A DNA stretch of 64,000 bases from Squalus acanthias (taxonomy: Eukaryota). How positions within the stretch are numbered: the stretch's first letter is position 1; each line of letters opens with the position of its first letter. The stretch is from the NCBI GenBank assembly GCA_030390025.1, contig JASTWF010000366.1:310001-374000 (forward strand), given 5' to 3'. The notes beneath the pieces were generated by a model that worked only from the letters and a program-made list of their open reading frames with translations, did not search any database and was not told where the DNA came from. Of this stretch, positions 37,702-49,882 are shown one piece after another. A program made the position numbers and the translations under genes.

Positions 37702-38320
37702 CTGAAAATAAGAACCGAATGTAAAGTATGGTTCCGGTACATGATTCCAAGTACTTACCCAGTTAGTGACAATAGAGACTGAGGCTGCAGGTAATTGCAC
37801 CGAGAGCCCTGAACTATTAGCTTTATTCCTACCCTCTTGGGAGTAAATCTTCTTCCCTCCTAAGTGTTTGTTTTTTTTGGTTGCATATTTGATTTGGGTG
37901 GATTGTTCCCTTTGATGAAAAACTCCAATATCAGAGTACACAAATCAAGCATTTGGGTTGGGTGTAGGCAAGAGTTTTGATTTTTTTTAAAATAAATCCG
38001 GCAGGCGAATTGGAGGCTTGGAGCTTATTGTGCATAGTAGAGCCCCAGGGTTCGATGTTGGGAGTGGGAAGGTGTCCACTGCAGGCCAGAAGGGGCAAAG
38101 AGAGCCAGCAGGGGAGAACCAGGAGGCCCACTGGCAGGTGAAAAAAGCAGGTAGGAATCCGAAGGGCGAGCAGGGAAGCTAAATGAGACAGAAGGATACA
38201 TGGGGAAGCCATAGGCTGCAACAATTCAATTTCAGGTCGGGGGTTGGGCGGGCAGGTTGAAACTAAAAAATGTAAAAAAATATTGTAATGTGCTAACCTC
38301 ACAGAGAGGAAAATCTATGT

Positions 38321-38760
38321 GAAAGAAAGACTTGCATTTATATAGTGCCTTTCATGACCACCGGACGTCCCAAAGCGCTTTACAGCCAATGAAGTACTTT
38401 TTGAAGTGTTGGAAACGCGGCAGCCAATTTGCACACAGCTAGCTCCCACAAACTTGATAATGACCAGATAATCTGTTTTAGTGATGTTGATTGAGGGGTA
38501 AATATTGATCAGGACTCCGGGGGATAACTCCCCTGCGTTTCTTCGAAATAGTGCCATGGGATCTTTTACGTCCACCTGAGAGGGCTGACGAGACCTCGGT
38601 TTAACGTCTCATCCGAAAGACGGCACCTCTGACAGTGCAGCACTCCCTCAGCACTGTACTGGTGTGTCAGCCTAGATTTTTGTGCTCAAGTCTCTAGAGT
38701 GGGACTTGAACCCACAACCTTCTGACTCAGAGGTGAGAGTGCTACCCACTGAACTGACAC
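38321..38760 (-). mobile_element. DeuSINE-like SINE (further copies at 56520..56975 -, 52395..52956 -, 8103..8292 +, 43058..43160 -)
   Basis: Reverse-complement match to 13123..13514 with an L2-type tail ...ggcactatataaatgcaagtctttc. Confidence 0.75.
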
Positions 38761-41059
38761 ACGTGCCTGACAAAGGTGAACTTCAAAGAGGTAAAAAAGT
38801 GCTCTTCACCCCCATCTGATGGCCAGAGCCTTTCACTCCATGCAGACTTAAAGTAGTCTCCAGAGTATCACATTAACACTGGAACATCCTATTAGAGGGT
38901 TACCTAAAGGCATAACAGGCTTTCATCATTTAAAAAAGTCTTTTCTTAGTGTTCTCTGCTCCCGTGAAAATATCAGTTCTCTCCTCATAACTATAATTTC
39001 CCACTCCTTGCATCCTCCTGGTAAATCTACTCTGTATGCCCTCTATGGCTTTATGGTCCTTCCTATAATGGGATGCCAAAAACTGCACACAGTACTCTAG
39101 CTATGGCCTACGCAATATTTTGTACAAATTTATCATACTTCGTTCCTCTTGTACTCAATGCCCTGTTTATAAAAACCCAAATTTCTATTGGCCTTTTTAT
39201 GGCTTTAACTACCTGCACTTGTCTTTGCAGGGAATTGTGCATTTGAACCCGGGGTCTCTCTGTTTATCCACACCCTCCAGTGTCTGCCCATTCCGTTAAC
39301 CTGTCTTTGCCTTTCTGAATTATTTTACTGTCCTCCTCACTGTTTGCCAAACTCTCTATTCAGCAAAGTTTGAAATTGTATCCCTCCTACCAAGTCCAAA
39401 TCATCTGTGTATCCCGAGAACAGGTTTTGTCTCTCATTATCCTAAAGCCTCTTTCTATCCCTATCTCCTGTGATAACATTTTCTCACTTTATTTCAGCTA
39501 AGTATCCTTCTTCTATCTCAACAGCTTTGTTAGTGCTGCTCTCGCTCTCTAGTCTCAAACCTAAACTTTCCTCAACCACTCCCCCCCGCCATATTAGTTT
39601 AAATCCTCCCCACTGCTCTATTTACTTTCTTTACAAGGACACTGGTGCTATTTTTGTTTAGATGAAAGCTGCACCTTCGTTATAGCCTTCCCTTGTTCCA
39701 GAACTCACTCCAGTGTCGCAAGAAAGTGAACCCTTCCCTCCTGCACCTGCCCTACACTCACATGACCTTCCTCATCTTCCTCTTCAGCATGTGGCACAGG
39801 AAGCAATCTGGAGATTTTCACCTTCCAGGCCTTGTTTCTCAATCTAATGCCTAACTCCTTACACGACCTCTGCAAAGTATAGATAGATTATTATAGATAG
39901 ATATAGATATATACAGCAACAAGTTAGTTGTACAAAAGCTCCGAATTTTGTCCCAAGCCACAGAAGCAGTGTTCAGTGATTCTGAGACTGTTCAATCCTG
40001 AAATTTATGTGACTGCTTTGAGCTCTCTTATACCAAATGTTAGTTATATAACTGAAGCAATGCAGCAGTTTTGAAAATTGGTACTCAGCATCCACTGGCC
40101 TAACTGATAAATGCACCATGTGAAACTGAGTCACACACACCACAAAGGTCCCGGGTTCAATCTGTATTGAATCAGTCGCTCTCGGCCAAGTTGACAGAAG
40201 TGCCAATACAGATGGCTTCATTGCCCACGGAGGGAAGCAATCAATTGAGTTCCCTTTCCTGATGCTATCCAGGGACACCAGCTGGAAAGTCTATGTGTGC
40301 ATGGTCCTCAGTTATCCCTGTTGTAAAGTGCGTGTGACTGGACATTAGGTAAGGAGGACAGGACTAAGCTTGGCATGTAATGCGCCCCATTGTCACTGTC
40401 TAGCTCATATGTAAACAACTCAAAGCTTGACGCTATTCAGGATAGTCCGCTTGATCAGCAGCCCATCCATCACGTTAAACATCTACTCCCACCACCAGCG
40501 CACCATGGCTGCAGTGGGTCTATTTACTATCTACAGGATGCACTGCAGCAACTCGCTAAGGCTTCTTCAACAGCACCTCTCAAACCCGCGACCTCCACCA
40601 CCTAGAAGGAAAAGGTCACCAGGCGCCTGGGAAACCATCACTTCCAAGTTCCCCTCCCTCCTGACTTCGACATATATTGCCATTCCTTCATCATCGCTGT
40701 GTGAAAATCCTGGAACACCCCTACCTAACAGCATTGTGGAGTACCTACACCACATGGACTGCAGCAGTTCAAGAAGGCAGCTTACTACCACCTTCTCAAG
40801 GGTAACTAGGGGTGGACAATAAATGCTGGCCTTGCCAGCGACGCCCACATCACAAGAATGAATTTAAAAAAGTCACTGGTCTGACGTACTGCAGGGCTGA
40901 TGACAGCCATGGAACCCTACACCTGAATGAGTCAGCATCTTTAAGGTGGAAAAGAGAAAAATAATGGCCTTTTAAATTTAAATTTATTAAACATCCATAT
41001 ACTGTACTGCTTTGCTGGGTTGAATCTTATCAAAATAGCAGTAAAGCTGCGACCATTAC

Positions 41060-41173
41060 CTGCTGTGAGCTGACAGTACACGTTGAATGCTTTGTATCCA
41101 TTAGGTTTAATTGTGTACACACCACTGTTGTTCTCTCTCTCATTGTAAATGTCGTTGCAGTCAGTGGGAAGAT
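41060..41173 (-). CDS. ANGPTL3: ANGPTL3 exon 4, (D)LPTDCNDIYNERENNSGVYTIKPNGYKAFNVYCQLTA
   Basis: tttgtag| acceptor, CAG|gtaatg donor, 114 nt; start of the fibrinogen-related domain. Confidence 0.94.
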
Positions 41174-42105
41174 CTACAAAGGTTAAAAGACCTTGAGATT
41201 AGATATCTGAATCACATTTAACCCTTTTGATCTACCAGAGTTTAGCAAAGACATTGACCACATGAAGTCTCTGTTGATTTACCAGATTCAAGGGTGGGAG
41301 AAGTTTGGAACTCTCTTCCGCAAACGGCCATTGATGCTGCGTCAATTGTTAATTTTAAATGATAGGTTTCTGTTAACTGAAGGTATTAAGGGATGTGGGG
41401 CAAATGGAATTAGGTCACAGATCAGCCACACTCTCATTGAATGGCGGAACAGGCTCGAAGAGCTTAGTGGCCTACTCCTGTTCCTATGTTCCAATATTCT
41501 TCCTTAGTTAATGGGGGTGGGGGGGGAACCAAGGTATGTTAAGTGTTAATATAAACTCTTTTTCCTGTTTGCAGGTTACAAATGTACTTGTCTGTATGAA
41601 AAAGGTTATGTTAAATTATAGAAAGATCAGTATCTCTCATATTTTAGCATTATCACTTGGCATATTTAGACTCTCAATACCAGGGTACTAGAGGAAAATT
41701 CAAGTTTACACTAATATGCTTTAATGTCGTGCAATATCTTTCTTCTTAATTCATCAGCTTAAATTGCTCCCAGCAACAGGGGCAGACATGTAATCACCTG
41801 TACTTCATTCCAATGACATATAGCTCATCTATACATAGACTCATCTATCTCCGGACACAAACCAAGTTTGGAAGGATGGGATGTATAATTGTATTGCTGG
41901 ATGCTTTTCACCATTCACTGTACAAAGATTTTGTACATCCATCTTAACACTTTACTTAATTCCTAGTGACAACGCCAGTACAGTAGTCCTTGACAAAATA
42001 CCAAATTATTGGGAACATTTATGTTTTTTTAATTTATAAAATCTCTGTAACTGTTTTACGCTTTTTATCCTAAATGTACAATTGATCTTTGTAGATATTT
42101 CTTAC

Positions 42106-42226
42106 CATTATAATCAGACGATAGTTGTGTGTTGTTCCTGGGGAAGCAGTGAACGTATTTGGAAGTAGCGGGCTTCTGAGATGGTTGACTGCCACTATGA
42201 TTGTCTTGTAAGAAGGTGACTCTTAG
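42106..42226 (-). CDS. ANGPTL3: ANGPTL3 exon 3 (linker), LRVTFLQDNHSGSQPSQKPATSKYVHCFPRNNTQLSSDYN
   Basis: tcttttacag| acceptor, ATG|gtaaga donor, 121 nt; phase 0 to 1 as needed to join exons 2 and 4; low sequence conservation. Confidence 0.82.
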
Positions 42227-42909
42227 CTGTAAAAGATGTATTGTTTACTGTATTTTTTAAGGAAACATTTTTTATCTATTGTAATATACTTTTATATAGA
42301 TTTGCTGCTGAAATACAAACATGTAATTTATTCTAGTACATACCACTGTAGGTTCAGAGAGATTTAATTGTTCTTCCTCCCCTTTCCCATCTCCTCCCTA
42401 CTAGAGTTTTTTTCCCCATTCTTCCTTGAAGGTGTGATTTATGTTGTGATATGGTGTAGTGTGTCCTCTGTTATCACACCCCAGTGGGCATTCTTCTTTG
42501 TGAGCCTGGACAGTGAATATCGGCAGGCTATTTGAATGTGGGAAGCAGAATTTCTGATCTTGATTCTGTCCTCATATGACATCCACATATGCTGACGCCA
42601 GTTGTAATCCCCCTACCAACTAAATCAGCAAACACAGCATAGACTGGAGTTTGAACATGGGACCTTGCTGGCCTATATGATTTTGTTTCATATTGGCATG
42701 GGCATTTATCAATCAAGATGTTGTCTAAACTTCTACAAAGGTTTGAGTCTTGCTATTGTTGTGAAATGGTTCTGGACTTCTCTCAATGGTTTGACAGTTT
42801 TGCCCTGTTGAAAATGCTCCCATTTGGGTAGGAGTGACATGACAATTTTAGAATTGTATTTGTTTGGGCGCAGAGTGTATCGTGGAATATAAAGTGAATT
42901 GTGGCTTAC

Positions 42910-43020
42910 CTTTTCTTCCAGCTTCTGTATTTTGTGGTTCTGCTTGTCCAGTTGACTGTGTTGGTCATGTATAGTGCTGATCAGGCTTTTGATATTTTTA
43001 TTCTGTTCTTCAATAAGAGC
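42910..43020 (-). CDS. ANGPTL3: ANGPTL3 exon 2, ALIEEQNKNIKSLISTIHDQHSQLDKQNHKIQKLEEK
   Basis: ctag| acceptor, AAG|gtaagc donor, 111 nt, coiled-coil pattern. Confidence 0.92.
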
Positions 43021-44285
43021 CTAGTGGAGCAAAATGGATAAAATGACGCTGAGTATAGAAAGAAAGACTTGCATTTATATAGCGCCTTTCATGACCACCG
43101 GACATCCCAAAGTGCTTTGCAGCCAATGAAGGACTTTTTGAACTGTAGTCACTGTTGTAATATAACAATAAATTGCTGTGCCTGAATTCCTGATAAAGAT
43201 TTTGACATTTTTAAAGAATAACTGGATTTACTTTGAACGTAGAAATGAAGTGTTTGTCTTTAAAATTGTCATTTTCATAAATATTTTCACAAGATGAGTG
43301 TGGCATGGTGTGCATGATACTTGCACAATAATGCATTCTGCAGTGTTTTAAAGCAGTAGAGATAGTATCATAAACCACATGCATGTAGCTCAAGCAATTT
43401 CTTAATAGCTCTGCACAGAGATGAGTTACTCTCTTCGAACATACTTCAGAGCCTTATTTCCTACAGTAGGTACAAACATAGTACAGGGTAATGTTACACA
43501 CTAATCTCCTGTCAAGTATCACAAACCCCCAAGCAATGCCTTGCTTGAGAGCTGCTCTCAAGAATGCTGTAAGCAAGCTGCACCATGTAAGGATATGACG
43601 CAGGTCTGTGCGTGTAATTCTCCACACAGTAAGCTCAGAGATCAGTCATGCCGTTGTGAGCTGTTGCCAAATGGAAGTCAGGTACTTCCTTAAAGGGAAG
43701 AGGGGAAAAAAACTCTAGAACCAGTAGTTTTTAATAGTTCTATTTTAATAGGGCCCTTTCACTTACTTTATGAAAGCTGATTTAACTCAGCATCTTAATA
43801 GCATTCTCTTGTCTTTTAGTGCTGAGCAAGAAAAGTACATAATTGAACTGGAGCTTGGTCAACATCTCACAGCTGGGCAGACACTGAATGGAGGCCCAGC
43901 CGCTTTTTCCCCTATTCTTGCTGCGTTATTATGGTATTGCATACCAACTGCCTTCTAGTACATCGCACAAGTGACTATTTTTCAGATGTGAATTTAGACA
44001 GTGAGTGCTGAAAAGCTATTTGACCATGTGGGTCACAGCCAAGCAAATTCTGTCCTCACTTAATATCCACAAGTGAACTTACCAGCAGGGGTCACTGGAT
44101 AGGAATGTGGAGGCGGATTTTGTTTCCTTATTCTTTAGCTCAAGGACACTGAGGACAGTTGTAGCACCCCTCTGACTAAGATCAGCTAACTGCACAGACC
44201 AAGGATCGTACCCGGGGTTTTTCTGGTCTCTATAGCTCAAGGTCGAGGCAGTAACATGTAATTTTTTACATTAAAATGCACCTAC

Positions 44286-44774
44286 TTTTAGAGATGGGAA
44301 CTCCTTTATCTCCAATATTTCTGTCTTGATTTCAGTCAGTTCGGATAATTGGTCTTCGAGACCTTCTACTTTTGTTTCTAGAATAGTTCGGTTTTCTACG
44401 ATGCCATTTATTTTTTCTCTGATATCGAGCGACATGTTTTTCAACTCCTCGTTGTTAGCCTGTAGAATTATAGTCCTTTTTTTTAGCTCCTGCTCATCAA
44501 GTTTGATCTCATTTGTTTGCTTTGAGAGTTCAAAGAAGGATCTGTCAAATATGTTAATTTTGTCAAATATATCATTGACTTGGTTCTTAGTCTTCTGGAC
44601 GAAATCTTTGAGACCATGTCCCAATTGAAGGAGGCCATTGGCTAAAATCCTCACGTCATCCAACATTGCAAATCTGGATTTTTCCTGAGAAGCTGGCTCC
44701 AAGGCATAATCATCTGCTTGTATTTGGACAGTGTAACTGGACAGAGCTAAAATAAGGAATGGTGTAAAGAGCAT
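44286..44774 (-). CDS. ANGPTL3: ANGPTL3 exon 1 (signal peptide, SE1 LPL-inhibitory motif, coiled coil)
   Basis: ATG at 44774; MLFTPFLILALSS...EFPSLK|gtaggt; 489 nt. Confidence 0.95.
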
Positions 44775-44825
44775 CTCCGTTTTGTCACGATTTTTGTTTC
44801 ACTAGTCTCTCTAGCAAAATGCTTC

Positions 44826-44903
44826 TATATATACCTGACTTGATTTGCTACTTGGTTCCTGTGGTTGATCATTAAACAGTTTCATCTTAAACTGATGTTA
44901 CCT
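44826..44903 (-). promoter_or_regulatory. ANGPTL3 proximal promoter: TATA box (44833-44826), HNF1-like site (44864-44876), DR4-like element (44903-44888)
   Basis: TATATATAG about 52 nt upstream of the ATG; GTTGATCATTAAA matches GTTAATNATTAAC at 11/13; minus strand reads AGGTAA-catc-AGTTTA. Motif matches only. Confidence 0.6.
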
Positions 44904-46059
44904 TCAAAGCAGGGAGGAGCCATCCATAAAGTCAACATAAAACTGTGTAAATAGAGCAAAACTGGCAAAACCAGATGGCTGATACTTCATAAAAAATCGT
45001 TCAAAGAAGTTTAAGATGTACTGATCTGAGCGCTGATGGTTTATTCCCACAATTCTCATTGTTCCTTATCTGAAGACACAGACTTTGTTGGGATATGGTT
45101 CTGTGGCTGCTGGCTGCCCCACTGTACCTCGCCCAAGTGACCGTTCTTTATGTGTGAGCTAAGACATGATCAACAGACTATTTCATCATGGCAATGATCA
45201 CTGATAACTGACCTGAACTGATGTGGATGTGTGTGTTTACGTGGTTGTGTGCACGCGCTACTTCATAGCAATCAGGAGTGGAAGTCCGGAATATTTTTTT
45301 GCTTCCCTATCCTAAGAATCACTAAGGTTAGTTGTAGTGCTCTTACTACTGCCCCAATCATCTAACTCAGTACAGACCAGGATCAAACTTGGGACCTTGT
45401 CTCCATGGCAGAGTACCACACTACATAAGGCATTTACCTACTAATCCATCAGGATCTATGATTTTTTATTTTGTGCTGCAAGGAATGTTTTTTTCCACTA
45501 TTAAGACAGTTGCTGTTCTTGTTATTCATTAACGTCTATTAGTTAGAGACTGATGCAAGTGCCTATCAAAGTTTCACAGGTGAACCTGGGTCTGGGACGA
45601 AAAGATTATATAACTGGTTTACAAACATCAGTTATCTGATTGGCCCTTGCTGTCACTATCGACGATTGAGAAAGAATCTACAAAGTGGCAATGTCTGTAG
45701 GCATAAGGGGATTTTAGAAGTCACCCATTTAAAATGTAGGAGTTGGTGTTTACTTTAGGAAATTTTAGGCCTGCATTTTGAAGTATTTTACTTCAGGGTA
45801 CCTTTTATCTTAAGCCTTAGATACACCATCTTTGTGCAGTTAGATCATGATGTACTCATTCTCTTTTCCTGAAGTATTACACAACAGTTGATTTTCTGTT
45901 TACATCTCACTTAAATACAATAAAAACTATTCTGTGTAAATTTATGTGTTGTAAGACACGTTTGTGTCTTTGGAGCAAGAGCTGTGGCACTGACTGCCTA
46001 TCATCTTGGCATATCAGTAATGTTAAAAACACCTCCATGTCGTTCCAGGGGTGCTCACA

Positions 46060-46400
46060 GCCATCCATTACCTTACCCATTCTTTATATGCGAGTCTGCA
46101 CAGTGAGTGCCTTTAGGCTTTTCATCTGTGAACGGAATCACAGCCAAGTGTGATCCTATTCTCACTTAATGTCCAGACATCTACTTTCCAGCAAGCAGCA
46201 CTGAATAATGACTAGAATTAGGAATCCCGGCTGATTTTTCACCTCCCGAGTTGAGGGGCATTGAGGCCAATTGTAATACCACCGCTGCCACTTTGGCCGA
46301 GATGAGCTACTGCAACACAGACTGAGGATGAAACCTAGGACTTTCGTCGTCTACATGGAAAAGTTTTACCCCAGGCGCTGCACTTACAATAGAGCCATTA
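46060..46400 (-). mobile_element. Old SINE, AmnSINE2-like (more than 10 decayed copies, e.g. 11700..12010, 12580..12880, 30400..30690, 34075..34320, 40090..40400, 43970..44240, 45070..45450, 55340..55660, 57640..57970)
   Basis: Shared motifs ctgagttagctgatctc, aaaatcagcc.ggg and cacatgaagaatggccacttggg recur across the window; family name from recall. Confidence 0.5.
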
Positions 46401-48977
46401 TGAGAATCCTAAGGAGGCTCTATAGCCAGCTTCATTGAGCTTTGCAAAGTTCAATCAAGATGTCAATCTTTGCGAAGTATAACAACATCAAAGCCATTCC
46501 TTTGTCACTAATTTTGAATCATGGTTTTTTTAATCAATATTAGCAAATTCCTAAATCAACATGTCATCATTTTATAATGACAAACTTCAAACTTCAAAAG
46601 CACTGAGTGATTGTGCTATACAGATATATAGTATTCACTCTTTTAAGTGTTTTAACAAACTAAGAGCTCTTTCTTTATCTCAATTTTAAATAGACTTTTA
46701 TTTTTATTTTTAAACCTACCTGTCACATCGCTGTGGGTGATGCAATGGAATCTACATGGGAGGAACCATGTACATAGTCAGAGGCAGCAAAACAGCCTAT
46801 CCTGCAACAGCAAGCGAGATTTGTTGTACAATATAGTAAACATCTTGCCTATGATGCACATTAACCGCACTGTCTCTGTCACAGTTTTTCAGTCACATTT
46901 TATACTGTCAGCATTTGCTGTCAAATCCTGCACTCGGAGCATGTGCAAGCTGCACAATTTGTCAGGATGGGTCAGCAGCATTTAGTCAGCCACTATGCTG
47001 GAATGCTTCTTTTCAACTTCCAGCAATATTTACTTACTTGTTTTCAAAATTAATTGACAAAAATTCAAAAGTTTGATTCAGATAAGCTTATATCGAGTGT
47101 TTGTAGCATGGAGAGGCTGCATTTATATATTTGTGTGTGTGTGTATGAATGAGAGAGAAAAGAGACAAAATGACAGACTCTGCTCATTACATGCTTGTAG
47201 CTCTTGATTATGTTTAAATTATAAATGGTCTATTATTTATTTTTTAGTGGAAAAATGTCAAATTGTGTCTCTGTCTATAGCCGTGTGGTTTTTGAAAGCG
47301 ATTTTAATGCAAACTGTTCAGTGAATTTGAGCAGATGTTTATTTAAGCTTTTTTAAAAAAGCTGTTTATTCTTTACTTAAGAAAGCACAATGCGCTCATA
47401 TTGAGCTAACAGACAACCATCCCAATTCAAGCTAATTCTTTTAGCAATTGAGTTGCATTTTGAAAGCTTCTCGGGCAAACAGGCACTCGTCACTATCGCC
47501 TGTATTTTTGTTCGTATTTAGAAACTGTAAACATTTTAATTAGTGACAGCTGTGTAAGAAACACAAAAACACATGTGCGTGCATGTGTGTATGCGCCGAC
47601 CCAGTCACAACACACAGTGTTTGCAGAGATCGCTTTCAAACCAATGCTGTCAGACCCGGATCCCCCCCCCCACCACCACCTGCAGTTCTATCAACCCTGT
47701 GCCCTCCCCTCATTGTGGACTGGCACCCAGCATGCACCTTGTGAGCCAAATTCCACATAGTCCCAGTTCTGCCAAACCTTGGGTTCCCCCTCCACAGTGA
47801 TGCCCAATCAAAGGACCCTCCCTACATGCTGCCACATCTAGCAAACCCATCACTGTGCTGCCAAACTCCAGGACTACCAGTTGTGCCATCACTGCTTATT
47901 GCAACAGTCTTGGTGGCAACCCTCAACAGAAAAGTTAGTAAGATATTGAACCAAAATAACAAAATGTAAGTTCAATCAAATGTGCCAAGATTTGATTTTA
48001 AATAATTGTGTTCCTATTTTATCTCCCCAAAATATTAGATGTATTTTGAAAGCTCCTATTTTGACAGACAAAGCAAACTATTTTGCTTTTAATTTTGTTT
48101 AATATCACAGCGCTGGCTCAGATGTTTCACCTTTCTGGAATGCACTGCCTGAAAGGGTGGGGGAGGCAGACTCAATCGTGGCTTTCAAAAGGGAATTTGA
48201 TAAGTACCTGAAGGAAAAGAATTTGCAGGGCTACGGGGAAAGGGCGGGAGAGTGGGATGAGCTGAAGTGCCAAATGGCCTCCTCCTGTGCTGTAACCATT
48301 CTATGATTCTATGATTCCATACCCCTCAATTCCTTCTTTTTTCAGAAACTCATCTATTTGCCTCTTGAATGAATTTCTACTGTCCACTTAATTGACCTTT
48401 CCTGATAACTTTTCCACAGCTTTAGTATGCTTTATATAAGTTTCACCTGACCTTCCCTTCTTGTTCCAATTAGAACTTATTGTCATAATGAAGACTTGTG
48501 CAGATCAACTTTAGTCAGTCCCTTTTGCAACCTTGAAAACATCAAAGAGCTGACTTCAAAGTGTACAAGCACAACTTTCTGACTGTTTCCTCTTAAATCC
48601 TGAAATCTGAAATCATCTATACTCATTTCTGGATTCTTGCAAAGGCAATAATATCCATCCTGTGATTGGGTGACATACCTCTTACCTGGCTGTCCCTTAA
48701 GTCAGTCAGTAGGTCAGGACAGGGATCTTGGGGTTATAGTGGATAAAACTATCAACTCTCTCTTTTGGTTCCTTGGTACTAGACATTTTACCACATTGAA
48801 CTGGATCTGGCACCTAATAGTCAGTTACTTAAAAGATTCAGAGATTTCTGTATACTTTCTCATTAATTTCAAGTTCCTAACAATATCATGGTTAGTTACG
48901 GATATAAGAAAACTTCACTGTATTCTATTTTTACACAAGACTTCACAGCTCATTAACTCTGTTGTTTAATTCCATAG

Positions 48978-49095
48978 GAATTTACTCTATGTGTATCCTC
49001 AGAGCCTCAATTTTGCAAATCGTCAAGGTTCCGCTAGAAACATTACCGTGAAAGTCCAGTTTATGTCTGGGGAAGATCAGAACAATGCAATGCAG
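48978..49095 (+). CDS. DOCK7: DOCK7 coding exon (~exon 15), [39 protein letters not shown] (start of DHR-1/C2)
   Basis: tccatag| acceptor, CAG|gtaaaa donor, 118 nt. Confidence 0.95.
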
Positions 49096-49882
49096 GTAAA
49101 ACAAATGACTCAAACTTTTGGATCCTTTTTTAAAAAATTGTGACGTTTTAAGGTCCATGTGCAGAACACCAGCAAACTTGAAAAGAGTAGGAGAGACAAA
49201 GTAAATCAAGTGGTAGTGGTTAGGCAGTGCCAAGCTTTGGTGTTGTAGGAGGAAGGGAAGACTGCAGAAGATTAAAACCTTCAGTTTTGGAGTGCTGGAA
49301 AATAATTGAGTTACATATAAATGGTACCATCAACAGGGTACTTGATGATGTAGTGGGTTGGCAGGTTACCTTTTCACCAATGGAACTCAGATTTGAATCC
49401 AACCCAGACTGATACGATAAATGTCTTCTCCCCCTGCTGTCTGTGAGAGCTCTGAAATTATTTTCTGTCATCCTCCATGAAGTTCCTAGTGGGCAAGGGT
49501 CACACACTAAATTGTCAGGATAGCTGTTGTGGGAAATATAAGTATTGCACACATGTTAGTCTCTTCCTCACCGTCACCAACGGAAGATAAACTGATACTC
49601 TCTGCTTCACTACCTCCCATCTACTACAAGCAGCTCCTAGTACCTGTGAAGTTACCCCAGAGAGGAGTTAGGAGAGATAAAGTGTGACCTCTTGGAGCAC
49701 ATCCTGGATTGCACTATCAATAGACAGGCTTTCAAAGATTTATGGGCTTCACAAATTGCAAGCCATTCCCGTTCCTGGGGATTCTGTGCACCGTTTCTTA
49801 CCAATCATTCTATGAACCCAACAGCTATGAGGTGCCCTAGAGTGGGGTGACCCTCCTTCCACTCGATTAAAATCTCTACATC

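Larger units (their letters stand above)
29557..44774 (-). other. ANGPTL3: ANGPTL3 (angiopoietin-related protein 3), complete 7-exon CDS, 462 aa, nested antisense in a DOCK7 intron
   Basis: Seven GT-AG exons sum to 1389 nt (462 aa plus TGA). The protein has a signal peptide, the SE1 motif KSRFAMLDDVRILANGLLQLGHGL, a coiled coil and a C-terminal fibrinogen-related domain. Confidence 0.94.

Noticed and set aside
44286..44774. ANGPTL8 or ANGPTL4 instead of ANGPTL3
   Set aside because: Mammalian ANGPTL8 lacks the fibrinogen domain. Exon 1 follows ANGPTL3 closely (KSRFAMLDDV.ILANGLLQLGHGLKDFV.KTK), and the host is DOCK7-like.
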